Shown: one piece after another, positions 32,411 through 40,492 of the stretch
Layout: the number at the start of each line of letters is the position of its first letter
Numbering within the stretch: the first letter of the stretch is position 1
UHGV virus genome: UHGV-0200722
Strand: one strand, 5' to 3'
From: a virus
DNA: 40,554 nucleotides
Made by a program: the position numbers and the translations under genes
The notes under the pieces: model-generated
Seen by the model: only the letters and a program-made list of their open reading frames with translations
The model's database searches: none
What the model was told of the DNA's origin: nothing

Positions 32411-32931
32411 TTTTGCTCACCTCCCTGTTCTTCCAGAAAAATACGCATAGCCTCAAGCATCTCTTCGGTGTCATACGGAGACAGCTTGTCACGCAGGATG
32501 TGTTCAATGCTGTTAATGAACTTTCGGATTGCTTTGCGTTCAATTTCAGTCAGGAAAGCATCGGTGGCTGACATATTTCCTGTTGCCTTCATGGCCTTCA
32601 AAATAACCAGAACGCCATCTTGCCCAACCAACTCGGAGATAATCTCAGTGTTGTCGCCAACAACATCACAGAATGCCTGAACAGCTTTACGAGCAAGTGC
32701 ATTCTCCGCTGCCAGCGCCGCGCACTTGGCCTCAAGGTTATCAATCGTGATTCCAGCAGAACGACACTCCCGCAACGCCGTTTCTAGTTTTGATTCAAGT
32801 TCACCGAACTTACGCACCAGATATTCAGCGTTTGTTTCGTTAACCTTTAAATCACATGGGATGCATTTACCTTTCAGAAATCCATCCATCTCAATTAGTG
32901 ACATTTGTTTCATTTCTTGCCACTCCGCCAC
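32407..32931 (-). CDS. Hypothetical coiled-coil protein
   Basis: 174-aa ORF in the early-left operon. Confidence 0.5.
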   Translation of the reverse strand: MAEWQEMKQMSLIEMDGFLKGKCIPCDLKVNETNAEYLVRKFGELESKLETALRECRSAGITIDNLEAKCAALAAENALARKAVQAFCDVVGDNTEIISELVGQDGVLVILKAMKATGNMSATDAFLTEIERKAIRKFINSIEHILRDKLSPYDTEEMLEAMRIFLEEQGGEQK

Positions 32932-33092
32932 ATCGCATTCAGATATTTGTTTTGATTCACTGAAGGAAAAGAATTTCTCTTAAGCAATTCCTCTCTCGAT
33001 GGCATTGGCTTTACGCGTTGGCGAATAATCATTTCTGCCGGAAGAATGCTGGGATTGTATGCAAGTCCTCTCATGGTAAATTCCTCAGTCAT
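32910..33092 (-). CDS. Hypothetical small protein downstream of abc2 (possible Abc1-like; start uncertain)
   Basis: Track ORF 32910..33227 overlaps abc2 heavily; an internal start (MTEEF...) at 33092 would remove the overlap. Confidence 0.3.
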   Translation of the reverse strand: MTEEFTMRGLAYNPSILPAEMIIRQRVKPMPSREELLKRNSFPSVNQNKYLNAMWRSGKK

Positions 33093-33381
33093 TACTGATA
33101 GCGCCATAGCGTGAGCGGTAATTACGCAGGCGCGGATCGATATATTCAGGGAAGTGGGTATATGTGGCTTTGCGGAATGGTCGGATTGATGTCTGGTAAA
33201 TTCGCTCGCGTTCTTCTTTCTCTGCAAGCCATATACAATGGCGAAATTCCTTTTCCTCTTTCGTTTCCTGCGGTAGCGACATTATCAGGTCGTAGTTTTT
33301 TCTGAATTTATCCAGCACCTCCGATACGGAATTGCCGGAACAGCGGCGCGGGTCATCCGCACCATACAAAGGCGCTGGCAT
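33085..33381 (-). CDS. abc2: Abc2-like anti-RecBCD protein
   Basis: 98-aa protein, the size of P22 Abc2, immediately downstream of the erf/ssb pair; identity rests on my recollection of P22 Abc2. Confidence 0.6.
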   Translation of the reverse strand: MPAPLYGADDPRRCSGNSVSEVLDKFRKNYDLIMSLPQETKEEKEFRHCIWLAEKEERERIYQTSIRPFRKATYTHFPEYIDPRLRNYRSRYGAISND

Positions 33382-33404
33382 AATGGAATCCTTATCTTGC
33401 TACT

Positions 33405-33788
33405 TTAGAAGGGAATTGAATCGTCGTATTCAGGATGATTTTGATGATTGCTACTTTGCTGCTGTTGGCTGTTTCCTGAAGTTGCAAATCCAATCTTTGC
33501 ATTCAGTAATTCAAGAGTGATTGATTGACCATTTTGCCCCTGATAAACATCAACCCTGATGTTTTCTCCGGTAATTTCCACAATGCCACCTTCAACAAGA
33601 ACACTACGGTAGTAATCCGCTTGCGCTCCCGGCTTGGCAAATACAACGGCGCTGTAGTTTGTCCATTCTTTCTTTTTTGTCTGGCGATCGTAATACTGAA
33701 CGCCAGCACGGATGTTGAATCCGATATTTTCCCCGGCCTGAAACTCTCTTGCGGGCTTGTTTAGTCTTACAGTAATCGAATGTGCCAT
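33405..33788 (-). CDS. Single-stranded DNA-binding-like protein with C-terminal acidic DDSIPF tail
   Basis: Start MAHSITVRLNKP... overlaps the erf stop (TAATG); C-terminus ...PEYDDSIPF resembles the SSB interaction tail; Gln-rich linker. Confidence 0.65.
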   Translation of the reverse strand: MAHSITVRLNKPAREFQAGENIGFNIRAGVQYYDRQTKKKEWTNYSAVVFAKPGAQADYYRSVLVEGGIVEITGENIRVDVYQGQNGQSITLELLNAKIGFATSGNSQQQQSSNHQNHPEYDDSIPF

Positions 33789-34393
33789 TAAGCAGCCGCT
33801 CCTTCTAATTCGTCTCGTCTGATGTTGTAAACGTCCTGCGCTTTGTGCTGCTCCGGTGTGCCTTCGAGCATCTTCCACGCTTTGGCGAACGCCTGTTTAA
33901 GCTCTTCCACGGTGTTTTTCTGCATTGCTGCGTCAGTGAATGCTTTTAGAACCTGTTCAGGTGTAGGTGATGGTTTTGATTGCTTTGCTGCTGCGTTCTG
34001 CTGATGTTTATGCTCGTCGGTATCTGCATCTTTCGCATCATCAATGCCGAATAAACCATTGAGGCAATACTTGCGTGCATAAGAGCTTGTAGCTCCCGTA
34101 ACTTGTGCAGAATCCATTCCTTTCTTGCTTTCTTCCTCTCGTGCAAGAGCGGTTGCTGTATGACTGTTTTCGCCATCGGTAATAGTTGCCGTGGCTTTCA
34201 CGTAATACCGATCACCAATCAACACAACTTCATCGCTGATTGATAAAAAAAGGCCATTCAGTAACGGCTTAACGCCTTCAAGAATGTCTTCACAGCTTCT
34301 GTATTTATATTTGCCGAATGAGTTGTACTGATTCTTTGGCGCGTTCAGATTCTCCTGAATAGCTGCCAGTCTTGCGTAAAATTCTTTGCTCAT
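33788..34393 (-). CDS. erf: Erf (essential recombination function, ssDNA annealing protein)
   Basis: From MSKEFYARLA.IQE.LNAPKNQYNSFGKYKYRSCEDILEGVKPLL... the translation matches P22 Erf as recalled. The track start at 34423 lacks an RBS. Confidence 0.9.
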   Translation of the reverse strand: MSKEFYARLAAIQENLNAPKNQYNSFGKYKYRSCEDILEGVKPLLNGLFLSISDEVVLIGDRYYVKATATITDGENSHTATALAREEESKKGMDSAQVTGATSSYARKYCLNGLFGIDDAKDADTDEHKHQQNAAAKQSKPSPTPEQVLKAFTDAAMQKNTVEELKQAFAKAWKMLEGTPEQHKAQDVYNIRRDELEGAAA

Positions 34394-34403
34394 ATGATTG
34401 TTC

Positions 34404-34574
34404 TCAGAATGGACACGGCCCAAGGAAATAACGCTGATTTAATACTTCGACTCGGGACAAATTAAGGCATACCCGCATTCCTTCGCGGTCACCATTATGG
34501 CGATACCAGAGAGCTTTCTGCGTGTACATGCGTCTCTGTAACTTGCTCTCCTTCACTGTGGTTGCAAGTGACAT
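34404..34574 (-). CDS. Hypothetical 56-aa protein between kil and erf (overlaps 34495..34653 in another frame)
   Basis: Manual ORF with an AAGGAG RBS 7 nt upstream of the ATG at 34574; absent from the track (<60 aa). Confidence 0.35.
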   Translation of the reverse strand: MSLATTVKESKLQRRMYTQKALWYRHNGDREGMRVCLNLSRVEVLNQRYFLGPCPF

Positions 34575-34653
34575 GAATATCTCCTTCGTTACCGATTAAT
34601 TCTTTCATCTGACGAATGAATTCTTCGTCTGACCAGTTATCTGTAAAACTCAT
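34495..34653 (-). CDS. Hypothetical 52-aa acidic protein translationally coupled to kil (arf position)
   Basis: ATG overlaps the kil stop (ATGA); manual translation MSFTDNWSDEEFIRQMKELIGNEGDIHVTCNHSEGEQVTETHVHAESSLVSP. Confidence 0.35.
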   Translation of the reverse strand: MSFTDNWSDEEFIRQMKELIGNEGDIHVTCNHSEGEQVTETHVHAESSLVSP

Positions 34654-34802
34654 TTCCTGCGATACCACGGAAGGTTGATAGCTGATTTCATCGCTTTATT
34701 TGCTTCAAGCCACATTTTTGAATCGCCAATAAATCTGGCTATTACTGCTTTGTTCTGTGCTGCACGAAGCATCTGGTGATTGATGGCTATTTCATTGCGC
34801 AT
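34650..34802 (-). CDS. kil: Kil-like host cell-division inhibitor
   Basis: Manual 50-aa ORF with a GGAGG RBS; the AVIARFIGDSKMWLEA segment resembles lambda Kil (FTIATFIGDEKMFREA). Confidence 0.6.
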   Translation of the reverse strand: MRNEIAINHQMLRAAQNKAVIARFIGDSKMWLEANKAMKSAINLPWYRRK

Positions 34803-34921
34803 AACGCCTCCAGTTGTTTCTTAGCTGCTCTGATTAATTGTTTAACTCGGCGTGTTAATTCAGATTCGTGCGGGTAGAAAGCGGACATGACGCCGCTACC
34901 CGCGAGCTGAAAGTGCATCAT
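34787..34921 (-). CDS. cIII: cIII-like protease inhibitor
   Basis: Manual 44-aa ORF (MMHFQLAGSGVMSAFYPHESELTRRVKQLIRAAKKQLEALCAMK) with an AAGGAG RBS; the amphipathic ESELTRRVKQLIRAAKK segment resembles the lambda cIII core (ESLLERITRKLRDGWKR). Confidence 0.6.
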   Translation of the reverse strand: MMHFQLAGSGVMSAFYPHESELTRRVKQLIRAAKKQLEALCAMK

Positions 34922-35147
34922 GGGTAACTCCTTATATTTGATTGCATAACGAAAACGCCTCGAGTGAAGCGTTATTGGTATGCATATAAAAAGGCCCTCA
35001 CACTGGAGGGAAAAGAAGATTTACAATAATCAGAACAAGTCGGCTCCTGTTTAGTTACGAGCGACATTGCTCCGTGTATTCACTCGTTGGAATGAATACA
35101 CAGTGCAGTGTTTATTCTGTTGTTTATGCCAAAAATAAAGGCCACCA

Positions 35148-35348
35148 TTAGGCAGCCTTGTTGTTCTGTTTACCAAGTTCTCTGGCAATCATTGCCGTCG
35201 TTCGTATTGCCCATTTATCGACATATTTCCCATCTTCCATTACAGGAAACATTTCTTCAGGCTTAACCATGCATTCCGATTGCAGCTTGCATCCATTGCA
35301 TCGTTTGAATTGTCCACACCATTGATTCTTATCAATAGTCGTAGTCAT
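35148..35348 (-). CDS. ral: Ral restriction-alleviation protein
   Basis: 66-aa translation matches lambda Ral as I recall it. Confidence 0.75.
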   Translation of the reverse strand: MTTTIDKNQWCGQFKRCNGCKLQSECMVKPEEMFPVMEDGKYVDKWAIRTTAMIARELGKQNNKAA

Positions 35349-35426
35349 ACGGATAGTCCTGGTATTGTTCCATCACATCCTGCGGATGCTCTTCGAACTC
35401 TTCAAATTCTTCTTCCATATATCACC

Positions 35427-35753
35427 TCAAATAAGTGGTTTGCTGCCTAATTTCATTTTCTGGCGACCAACACAAGTCACCCCCATTTCACTGCGTGGCT
35501 TGCTGTACCATGTGCGCTGATTCTTGCGCTCAATACGTTGCAGGTTGCTTTCAATCTGTTCGTGGTATTCAGCCAGCACCGTAAGGTCTATCGGATTCAG
35601 TGCGCTTTCTACTCGTGATTTCGGTTTGCGATTCAGCGAGAGAATAGGGCGGTTAACTGGTTTTGCGCTTACCCCAACCAACAGGGGGTTTGCTGCTTTC
35701 CATTGAGCCTGTTTCTCTGCGCGACGTTCGCGGCGGCGTGTTTGTGCATCCAT
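35427..35753 (-). CDS. N: N antiterminator (lambda-type)
   Basis: From the internal start MDAQTRRRERRAEKQAQWKAANPLLVGV... the translation matches lambda N, including the arginine-rich boxB-binding motif; a lambda nutL lies upstream. Confidence 0.9.
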   Translation of the reverse strand: MDAQTRRRERRAEKQAQWKAANPLLVGVSAKPVNRPILSLNRKPKSRVESALNPIDLTVLAEYHEQIESNLQRIERKNQRTWYSKPRSEMGVTCVGRQKMKLGSKPLI

Positions 35754-35926
35754 CTTGATTCTCCTGTCAGTTAGCTTTGGTGGTGTGGTAGGTGGGAGAC
35801 CCATTTCGACCTGCTTCGGCCGACTTCAATTCGGCAATAGTTCCGCAGGCCTCGCCGCTTTACGTGCGACATATTCCCATCCATGAACCCTTCACCACAC
35901 CCCAAAGCCTTCTGCTTTGAATGCTG

Positions 35927-35957
35927 CCCTTCTTCAGGGCTTAATTTTTAAGAGCGT
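35927..35957 (-). promoter_or_regulatory. nutL (boxA CGCTCTTAA and boxB GCCCTGAAGAAGGGC on the - strand)
   Basis: Reverse complement of 35927..35957 reads CGCTCTTAAAAATTAAGCCCTGAAGAAGGGC, the lambda nutL sequence. Confidence 0.9.
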
Positions 35958-35996
35958 CACCTTCATGGTGGTCAGTGCGTCCTGCTGATGGCTTAA

Positions 35997-36040
35997 AATA
36001 TACCTACAGGTAAAACCCATGTCTATACCTGTAGGTAAAT
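35997..36040 (-). promoter_or_regulatory. PL promoter (-35 TAGACA, -10 TATATT on the - strand) overlapped by OL operators TACCTACAGGTA (36003..36014) and TACCTGTAGGTA (36026..36037)
   Basis: 12-bp inverted-repeat operators of the form TACCT-NNN-GGTA, also present at OR; hexamers separated by 17 nt. Confidence 0.65.
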
Positions 36041-36098
36041 AAAATTGATGTGAGAGTTTACCTGCTTGAATTTTCAGGTAATTAATTTTTTGGATTGA

Positions 36099-36124
36099 TA
36101 TAAAAAAGCCCGCTTTGCGGGCTA
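36099..36124 (-). terminator. Rho-independent terminator after the cI-linked operon (read on - strand)
   Basis: AGCCCGC-aaag-GCGGGCT followed by TTTTTTATAT on the - strand. Confidence 0.75.
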
Positions 36125-36134
36125 AAAGGAGATG

Positions 36135-36449
36135 TCAGAAGCTATTTGGATTGCTTGGCCATTGCGGCAATTTTGATTCTACTGGGGTGTGTTTGGGTTT
36201 GAGTCCGTTTAAGTAGTCAAGGCGCTCAATGGCGCATTTATACATAGCAATCTGCTCTGATGACATGTCGTCGTATGACATGCCTTTGAACTTTTTAATT
36301 ATCGATTCTGCCTCATGTATAAGATTCTTCTTCCTCATGAGTTCAGTTGTATGCTTAGAGCTTACAGGAGATAACTTTGCCCATATGAAGCAGATGATTA
36401 CAACAGCGACTACTATGCCGGGTATAAACATTTGCTGCTTTATCCTCAA
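36135..36449 (-). CDS. Small single-pass membrane protein cotranscribed with cI (candidate lysogen-expressed exclusion or defence protein)
   Basis: 104 aa with N-terminal TM helix FIPGIVVAVVIICFIWAKL; start codon overlaps the cI stop (ATGA); a terminator follows directly. Confidence 0.65.
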   Translation of the reverse strand: MRIKQQMFIPGIVVAVVIICFIWAKLSPVSSKHTTELMRKKNLIHEAESIIKKFKGMSYDDMSSEQIAMYKCAIERLDYLNGLKPKHTPVESKLPQWPSNPNSF

Positions 36450-37132
36450 ACTTTTGGCAGATCGTCCTGGTCTACGTACCTGGTGTGTTTCACAATAGCT
36501 GAAACAAAATGCATTTTATCAACTTCTTCAACAGGAAGAGTGATTGGGCGGTGATCACTGTTTATGCTACTAAACTGATAATCACCGTCTCTTGTTTTGT
36601 TCATGATCTTTATCATGTTGTGACCGTCTTTGGTCCTTACAAAGACTTCATCACCTGGATGTACTGGCGTATTTGGTTCAATAACAACATATTCTCCTGA
36701 CTGAATCCTTGGCCACATGCTGTCACCCTTAACCTTCAGACCGTAAGCATCTTTATCGCCGCTGTAGATGCTTAACCAACCGGATCTGAATTCAATCATA
36801 TCCACTGAGCCATCAACTCCCAAAACGGCTTCACCAATTACCGGAACAAAACCCGCACGAACGTTACCCGCAAACTCAAGATGGTCCGTAGCTCCAGCTT
36901 TACCATCTGCAAGCATGTCCATCCATCCGCGTGGGAGATTAAAAGATTTTTCAATTAGTTCCATCATATCGTCAGCAATGCGTTTTTTTCCGCTTTTTCC
37001 TTCCGGATACAGCATTCTGGAAACGTATGATGGTTCCCTTTCTATTCGACGAGCCAACTCTGAGGCCTTTCCATTACAGAATCGGTCTCTTATCTCTATC
37101 AGCCTTAGTCGTCTTTGTTCGTATTTATCCAT
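36446..37132 (-). CDS. cI: cI-type immunity repressor (HTH plus S24 LexA-like autopeptidase domain)
   Basis: 228 aa; C-terminal domain with Ala-Gly site(s), GDSM serine motif and a downstream Lys; divergent from cro; flanked by OR and OL. Confidence 0.9.
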   Translation of the reverse strand: MDKYEQRRLRLIEIRDRFCNGKASELARRIEREPSYVSRMLYPEGKSGKKRIADDMMELIEKSFNLPRGWMDMLADGKAGATDHLEFAGNVRAGFVPVIGEAVLGVDGSVDMIEFRSGWLSIYSGDKDAYGLKVKGDSMWPRIQSGEYVVIEPNTPVHPGDEVFVRTKDGHNMIKIMNKTRDGDYQFSSINSDHRPITLPVEEVDKMHFVSAIVKHTRYVDQDDLPKV

Positions 37133-37149
37133 GATTTAATTCTATCTTT

Positions 37150-37210
37150 GATTACCTGCCGGTAAATAACCTATGGGTATTGATTTGCTTTTTACCTACA
37201 GGTAAACTCA
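37150..37210. promoter_or_regulatory. OR/PR/PRM region: operators TACCTGCCGGTA (37154..37165) and TACCTACAGGTA (37194..37205); PR -35 TTGATT (37180..37185), -10 TAAACT (37203..37208)
   Basis: Same 12-bp operator family as OL; sits between divergent cI and cro. Confidence 0.7.
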
Positions 37211-37240
37211 TCTTATTCAACAACGGGAAGGAGATAGCAA

Positions 37241-37471
37241 ATGGAAGAACTCCGCTTGTATCTGAACTCCCTTTCACTGGAAGAGCAGAGAGAATTTGCC
37301 ACCAAGTGCGGAACTTCTATCGGCTATTTGAGGAAAGCACTTAGCCGTAATCATGAATTGGGCGCAGCACTTTGTGTTCTGATTGAGAGGTTCAGCAATG
37401 GTGAAGTGACTCGCAAAGACCTTCATCCGGTTGATTGGGAAAGCATCTGGCCTGAATTAATGGCCGCTTAA
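37241..37471 (+). CDS. cro: Cro-like repressor (HTH)
   Basis: 76-aa protein transcribed divergently from cI off PR; HTH-like segment ATKCGTSIGYLRKAL; GGAGA RBS. Confidence 0.75.
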   Translation: MEELRLYLNSLSLEEQREFATKCGTSIGYLRKALSRNHELGAALCVLIERFSNGEVTRKDLHPVDWESIWPELMAA

Positions 37472-37479
37472 GTTATTAA

Positions 37480-37511
37480 CGCTCTTACACATCCCCGCCC
37501 TGAAAAAGGGC
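37480..37511 (+). promoter_or_regulatory. nutR (boxA CGCTCTTAC, boxB GCCCTGAAAAAGGGC)
   Basis: CGCTCTTACACATCCCCGCCCTGAAAAAGGGC; matches lambda nutR as recalled. Confidence 0.85.
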
Positions 37512-37587
37512 ATTACCAGAAACAAATCTCTATGGTTTTGCGTTTCTTTGCGAAGCCAACTCTATCTAATCATTAAGGAAATTATCT

Positions 37588-37869
37588 ATGGGTACTATTG
37601 CAACTAAAAGCAAGAAAGCGGCTCGCATCGAGTCAGCCTTGCTGAACAAACTGGCACTGATGGGGCAGAAGACATTCGCTCGAGCAATGGGGGTTCCTGA
37701 ATATCAGGTAAGCCGATGGAAGAATGGTTTCTTCTCGCAGGTAAGCATGATGCTGGCTGTTCTGGAATACGGAATCGAAGACGATGAAATGGCTGAGCTG
37801 ACTAAGCGGCTTGCCAATTACCTGACAAAAGAAAAAACCCCGAAGAACGGCGAATTCTTCGAGGCCTGA
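37588..37869 (+). CDS. cII: cII transcriptional activator
   Basis: Aligns with lambda cII (RIESALLNK...SRWK...MLLAVLE.G..DD.MA.L). Confidence 0.85.
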   Translation: MGTIATKSKKAARIESALLNKLALMGQKTFARAMGVPEYQVSRWKNGFFSQVSMMLAVLEYGIEDDEMAELTKRLANYLTKEKTPKNGEFFEA

Positions 37870-37903
37870 TGTAGAAAGACTGGATCAATCCACAGGAGTA
37901 ATT

Positions 37904-38065
37904 ATGACAAAACGTCGTAAGAAATACCAGGAAAAAGAAGAGATTCGACACCCTGATTCACCTGAGGGATTAGTGGTAGCCGCAGCAAATAACAGGGCGT
38001 TCGCAGAGCGCCTTGTTGGTGTTTACAGACTAGCCAAAGCAGGAGTGAAACATGGGCGTCGTTAA
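37904..38065 (+). CDS. Hypothetical small basic protein between cII and O
   Basis: Manual 53-aa ORF (MTKRRKKYQEKEEIRHPDSPEGLVVAAANNRAFAERLVGVYRLAKAGVKHGRR) with an AGGAG RBS; its end overlaps the O start. Confidence 0.4.
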   Translation: MTKRRKKYQEKEEIRHPDSPEGLVVAAANNRAFAERLVGVYRLAKAGVKHGRR

Positions 38066-38942
38066 GTTAGCTGATTACAGGCATAACCCTGTACAACATC
38101 AGGAGGCATCCAGTATGGGGTATGTCTCTATACACCGCCAGTTTATGGACAGCAGGCTCTATAAGGACTCTCAGGCAGTACATCTTTGGCTTCACTTAAT
38201 CCTCAAGGCTAATCACGAATCTACTGTCGTCAATACGGATATCGGTCCGATAACTGTTGATCGCGGTCAGATGATAACTGGACGCCCGTCGCTGGTCAGA
38301 GAAACATTCATCCCCGACAACAAAGTTCGGAGCTTATTACGGACTTTTGAGTCGAAAGGGATGCTTAATATTTGCTCGATGGGGAAGAAATTTAGCCTGT
38401 TTACAATCGTTAAATATGACGATTTTCAGGCAAAAAATTGTCCAACGGTTGTCCAACGGTTGTCCAACGCAACCCCCAGTAATGGCGCCGCTCTCAGCGG
38501 AGATTGTCCAACGGATGTCCAACGGTTGTCCATAAACAATAATATAAATAATATCTCTAATACTGACGTATTAGAGAGTACCGCAGCAGACAAAAAGTCT
38601 GACAAGAAAAAACCTTCCGTTAGCTGTCAGGATGTTGTCGATGCTTACCACGAAATCCTTCCTGAAGCGCCAAGAATCCGCGCACTGAATGACAAGCGTA
38701 AAAACCAGATCCGAACGTTCTGGCGCAAAGCCGGAGTGATAACCCGCCAGCTTGACGGGCATGGGTTCACGATGCAGGACTGGAGAAATTATTTGAGCTA
38801 CGTAGGCGAAAATTGCCGATGGATGTTCGAAGAGCGCCCAAACCATCAACGCGGAACCGTCTGGCACAAAAAGGGATTTGATTTCCTGCTTAACGACAAT
38901 ACCTACCTGAAAGTTCGTGAGGGTGAACACGATGACCGATAA
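38052..38942 (+). CDS. O: Replication initiator O-like protein
   Basis: 296 aa, upstream of the helicase; contains the iteron array that its N-terminal domain presumably binds. Confidence 0.8.
   Translation: MGVVKLADYRHNPVQHQEASSMGYVSIHRQFMDSRLYKDSQAVHLWLHLILKANHESTVVNTDIGPITVDRGQMITGRPSLVRETFIPDNKVRSLLRTFESKGMLNICSMGKKFSLFTIVKYDDFQAKNCPTVVQRLSNATPSNGAALSGDCPTDVQRLSINNNINNISNTDVLESTAADKKSDKKKPSVSCQDVVDAYHEILPEAPRIRALNDKRKNQIRTFWRKAGVITRQLDGHGFTMQDWRNYLSYVGENCRWMFEERPNHQRGTVWHKKGFDFLLNDNTYLKVREGEHDDR
38438..38533 (+). repeat. Replication-origin iterons: 5-6 copies of TTGTCCAACGG in two clusters inside the O gene
   Basis: ttgtccaacgg ttgtccaacgg ttgtccaacgc ... attgtccaacgg atgtccaacgg ttgtccat. 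Confidence 0.85.
38534..38575 (+). other. AT-rich segment following the iterons (candidate DNA-unwinding element of the origin)
   Basis: aaacaataatataaataatatctctaatactgacgtatta directly follows the iteron array. Confidence 0.6.
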
Positions 38943-40368
38943 TTTTTATGCGCCTCCCCATAGCATCGAGGCAGAGCAGGCGGTGATTGGTGGATTGCTT
39001 CTGGATGATGACAGCAGTGAGCGCGTCCAGAAAGTTCTGGCGATGCTGAAGCCTGATTCATTTTACAGCCGACCACACAAAATCCTTTTCGAAGAAATAA
39101 CCAGAATGCACCGGGAGCAAAAGCCAGTAGATGGCCTGACGCTTTTCGATGAACTGGAGCGTAAATCGTTAACGGCGTCTGTTGGCGGTTTTGCTTATAT
39201 CGCTGAGATCGCAAAGAACACGCCAAGCGCCGCAAACATCGTTGCCTATGCAATGCAGGTTCGCGAAACCGCAATGGAACGCTACGCCATCAACCGCATG
39301 ACTGAAGCGACGGAATTGCTCTATTCCCGCAACGGAATGACTGCGACGCAGAAGTACGAAGCTATTCAGTCGATTTTCACGCAACTGACAGACCATGCAA
39401 AAACCGGATCGCGTCGCGGCCTTCGCTCATTTGGTGAGGTCATGGAAGACTGGGTTAGCGACCTTGAGAAGCGATTTGACCCGTCAGGCGAACAACGAGG
39501 AATGAGCACAGGGATCCCATCGCTGGACAGGATGCTGTCACCGAAAGGTCTGGTGAAAGGCTCTCTGTTTGTCATTGGCGCTCGCCCTAAGATGGGGAAA
39601 ACGACGCTATACAGCCAGATGGCAATCAATTGCGCAGTGCATGAGAAAAAGCCCGCTCTGATGTTCAGTCTTGAAATGCCAGGCGACCAGATACTGGAAA
39701 AGCTGGTAGGACAGAAGTCAGGTGTTAACCCGAATATTTTTTACCTTCCGGCGACAAATGACGCTGATGACGGCTATCAGGGTGATTACGATGGTGACTT
39801 CAACAGGGCGATAGAAACAGCAAATCGCTTGAGTGAAATCGACATGCTTTACATCGACGACACGCCGGGATTATCTCTGGCTCAAATCGTCAGCGAAAGC
39901 CGTCGAATCAAGCGAGAAAAAGGATGTGTTGGCATGATTCTGGTCGATTACCTGACACTAATGACCGCTGAGAAGGCCGATCGCAACGACCTTGCTTACG
40001 GCATGATCACCAAAGGACTGAAGAACCTTGCCAAAGAGCTTGATTGCGTTGTTGTGCTTCTGACGCAGCTTAACCGCGCACTGGAAAGCCGAACCAATAA
40101 ACGCCCATTACCAAGTGACTCACGAGATACAGGGCAGATTGAACAGGATTGCGATTATTGGGTTGGGATCCATCGTGAAGGCGCTTTTGATGACAGTGTT
40201 CCACCTGGTGAAACCGAACTAATCCTTCGTCTCAATCGTCATGGCAATACCGGCACGGTGTATTGCATTCAGGCAAATGGCGCTATTTATGACACAGACC
40301 AACAGTCTGCTGAAATGCGCCGACGTGAACGCGAGGAACCGCAGTCCAAGAAGAAAGGAGGATTCTGA
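38932..40368 (+). CDS. Replicative DNA helicase (DnaB family)
   Basis: Start MTDNFYAPPHSIEAEQAVIGGLL (DnaB N-terminal signature) at 38932 overlapping the O stop; Walker A GARPKMGKTT; ~478 aa. Confidence 0.9.
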   Translation: MTDNFYAPPHSIEAEQAVIGGLLLDDDSSERVQKVLAMLKPDSFYSRPHKILFEEITRMHREQKPVDGLTLFDELERKSLTASVGGFAYIAEIAKNTPSAANIVAYAMQVRETAMERYAINRMTEATELLYSRNGMTATQKYEAIQSIFTQLTDHAKTGSRRGLRSFGEVMEDWVSDLEKRFDPSGEQRGMSTGIPSLDRMLSPKGLVKGSLFVIGARPKMGKTTLYSQMAINCAVHEKKPALMFSLEMPGDQILEKLVGQKSGVNPNIFYLPATNDADDGYQGDYDGDFNRAIETANRLSEIDMLYIDDTPGLSLAQIVSESRRIKREKGCVGMILVDYLTLMTAEKADRNDLAYGMITKGLKNLAKELDCVVVLLTQLNRALESRTNKRPLPSDSRDTGQIEQDCDYWVGIHREGAFDDSVPPGETELILRLNRHGNTGTVYCIQANGAIYDTDQQSAEMRRREREEPQSKKKGGF

Positions 40369-40452
40369 TGAACATCTACGTCACTGAGCTAATAACAGGC
40401 CTGCTGGTAATCGCAGGCCTTTTTATTTGGGGGAGAGTAAATCGTGGTTGAG
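40369..40452 (+). CDS. Hypothetical 27-aa hydrophobic peptide after the helicase gene
   Basis: AGGAGG RBS 7 nt upstream; ATG overlaps the helicase stop (TGATG); MNIYVTELITGLLVIAGLFIWGRVNRG. Confidence 0.35.
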
Positions 40453-40492
40453 TTGATTTTCTCTGCATTGAGGCTTCTCGGTGCGTCGTGGA

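Noticed and set aside
38438-38533. Tandem repeats resembling a short CRISPR-like array
   Set aside because: Repeats are 11 bp, directly abutting without spacers, and lie inside the replication initiator gene next to an AT-rich tract; these are origin iterons.
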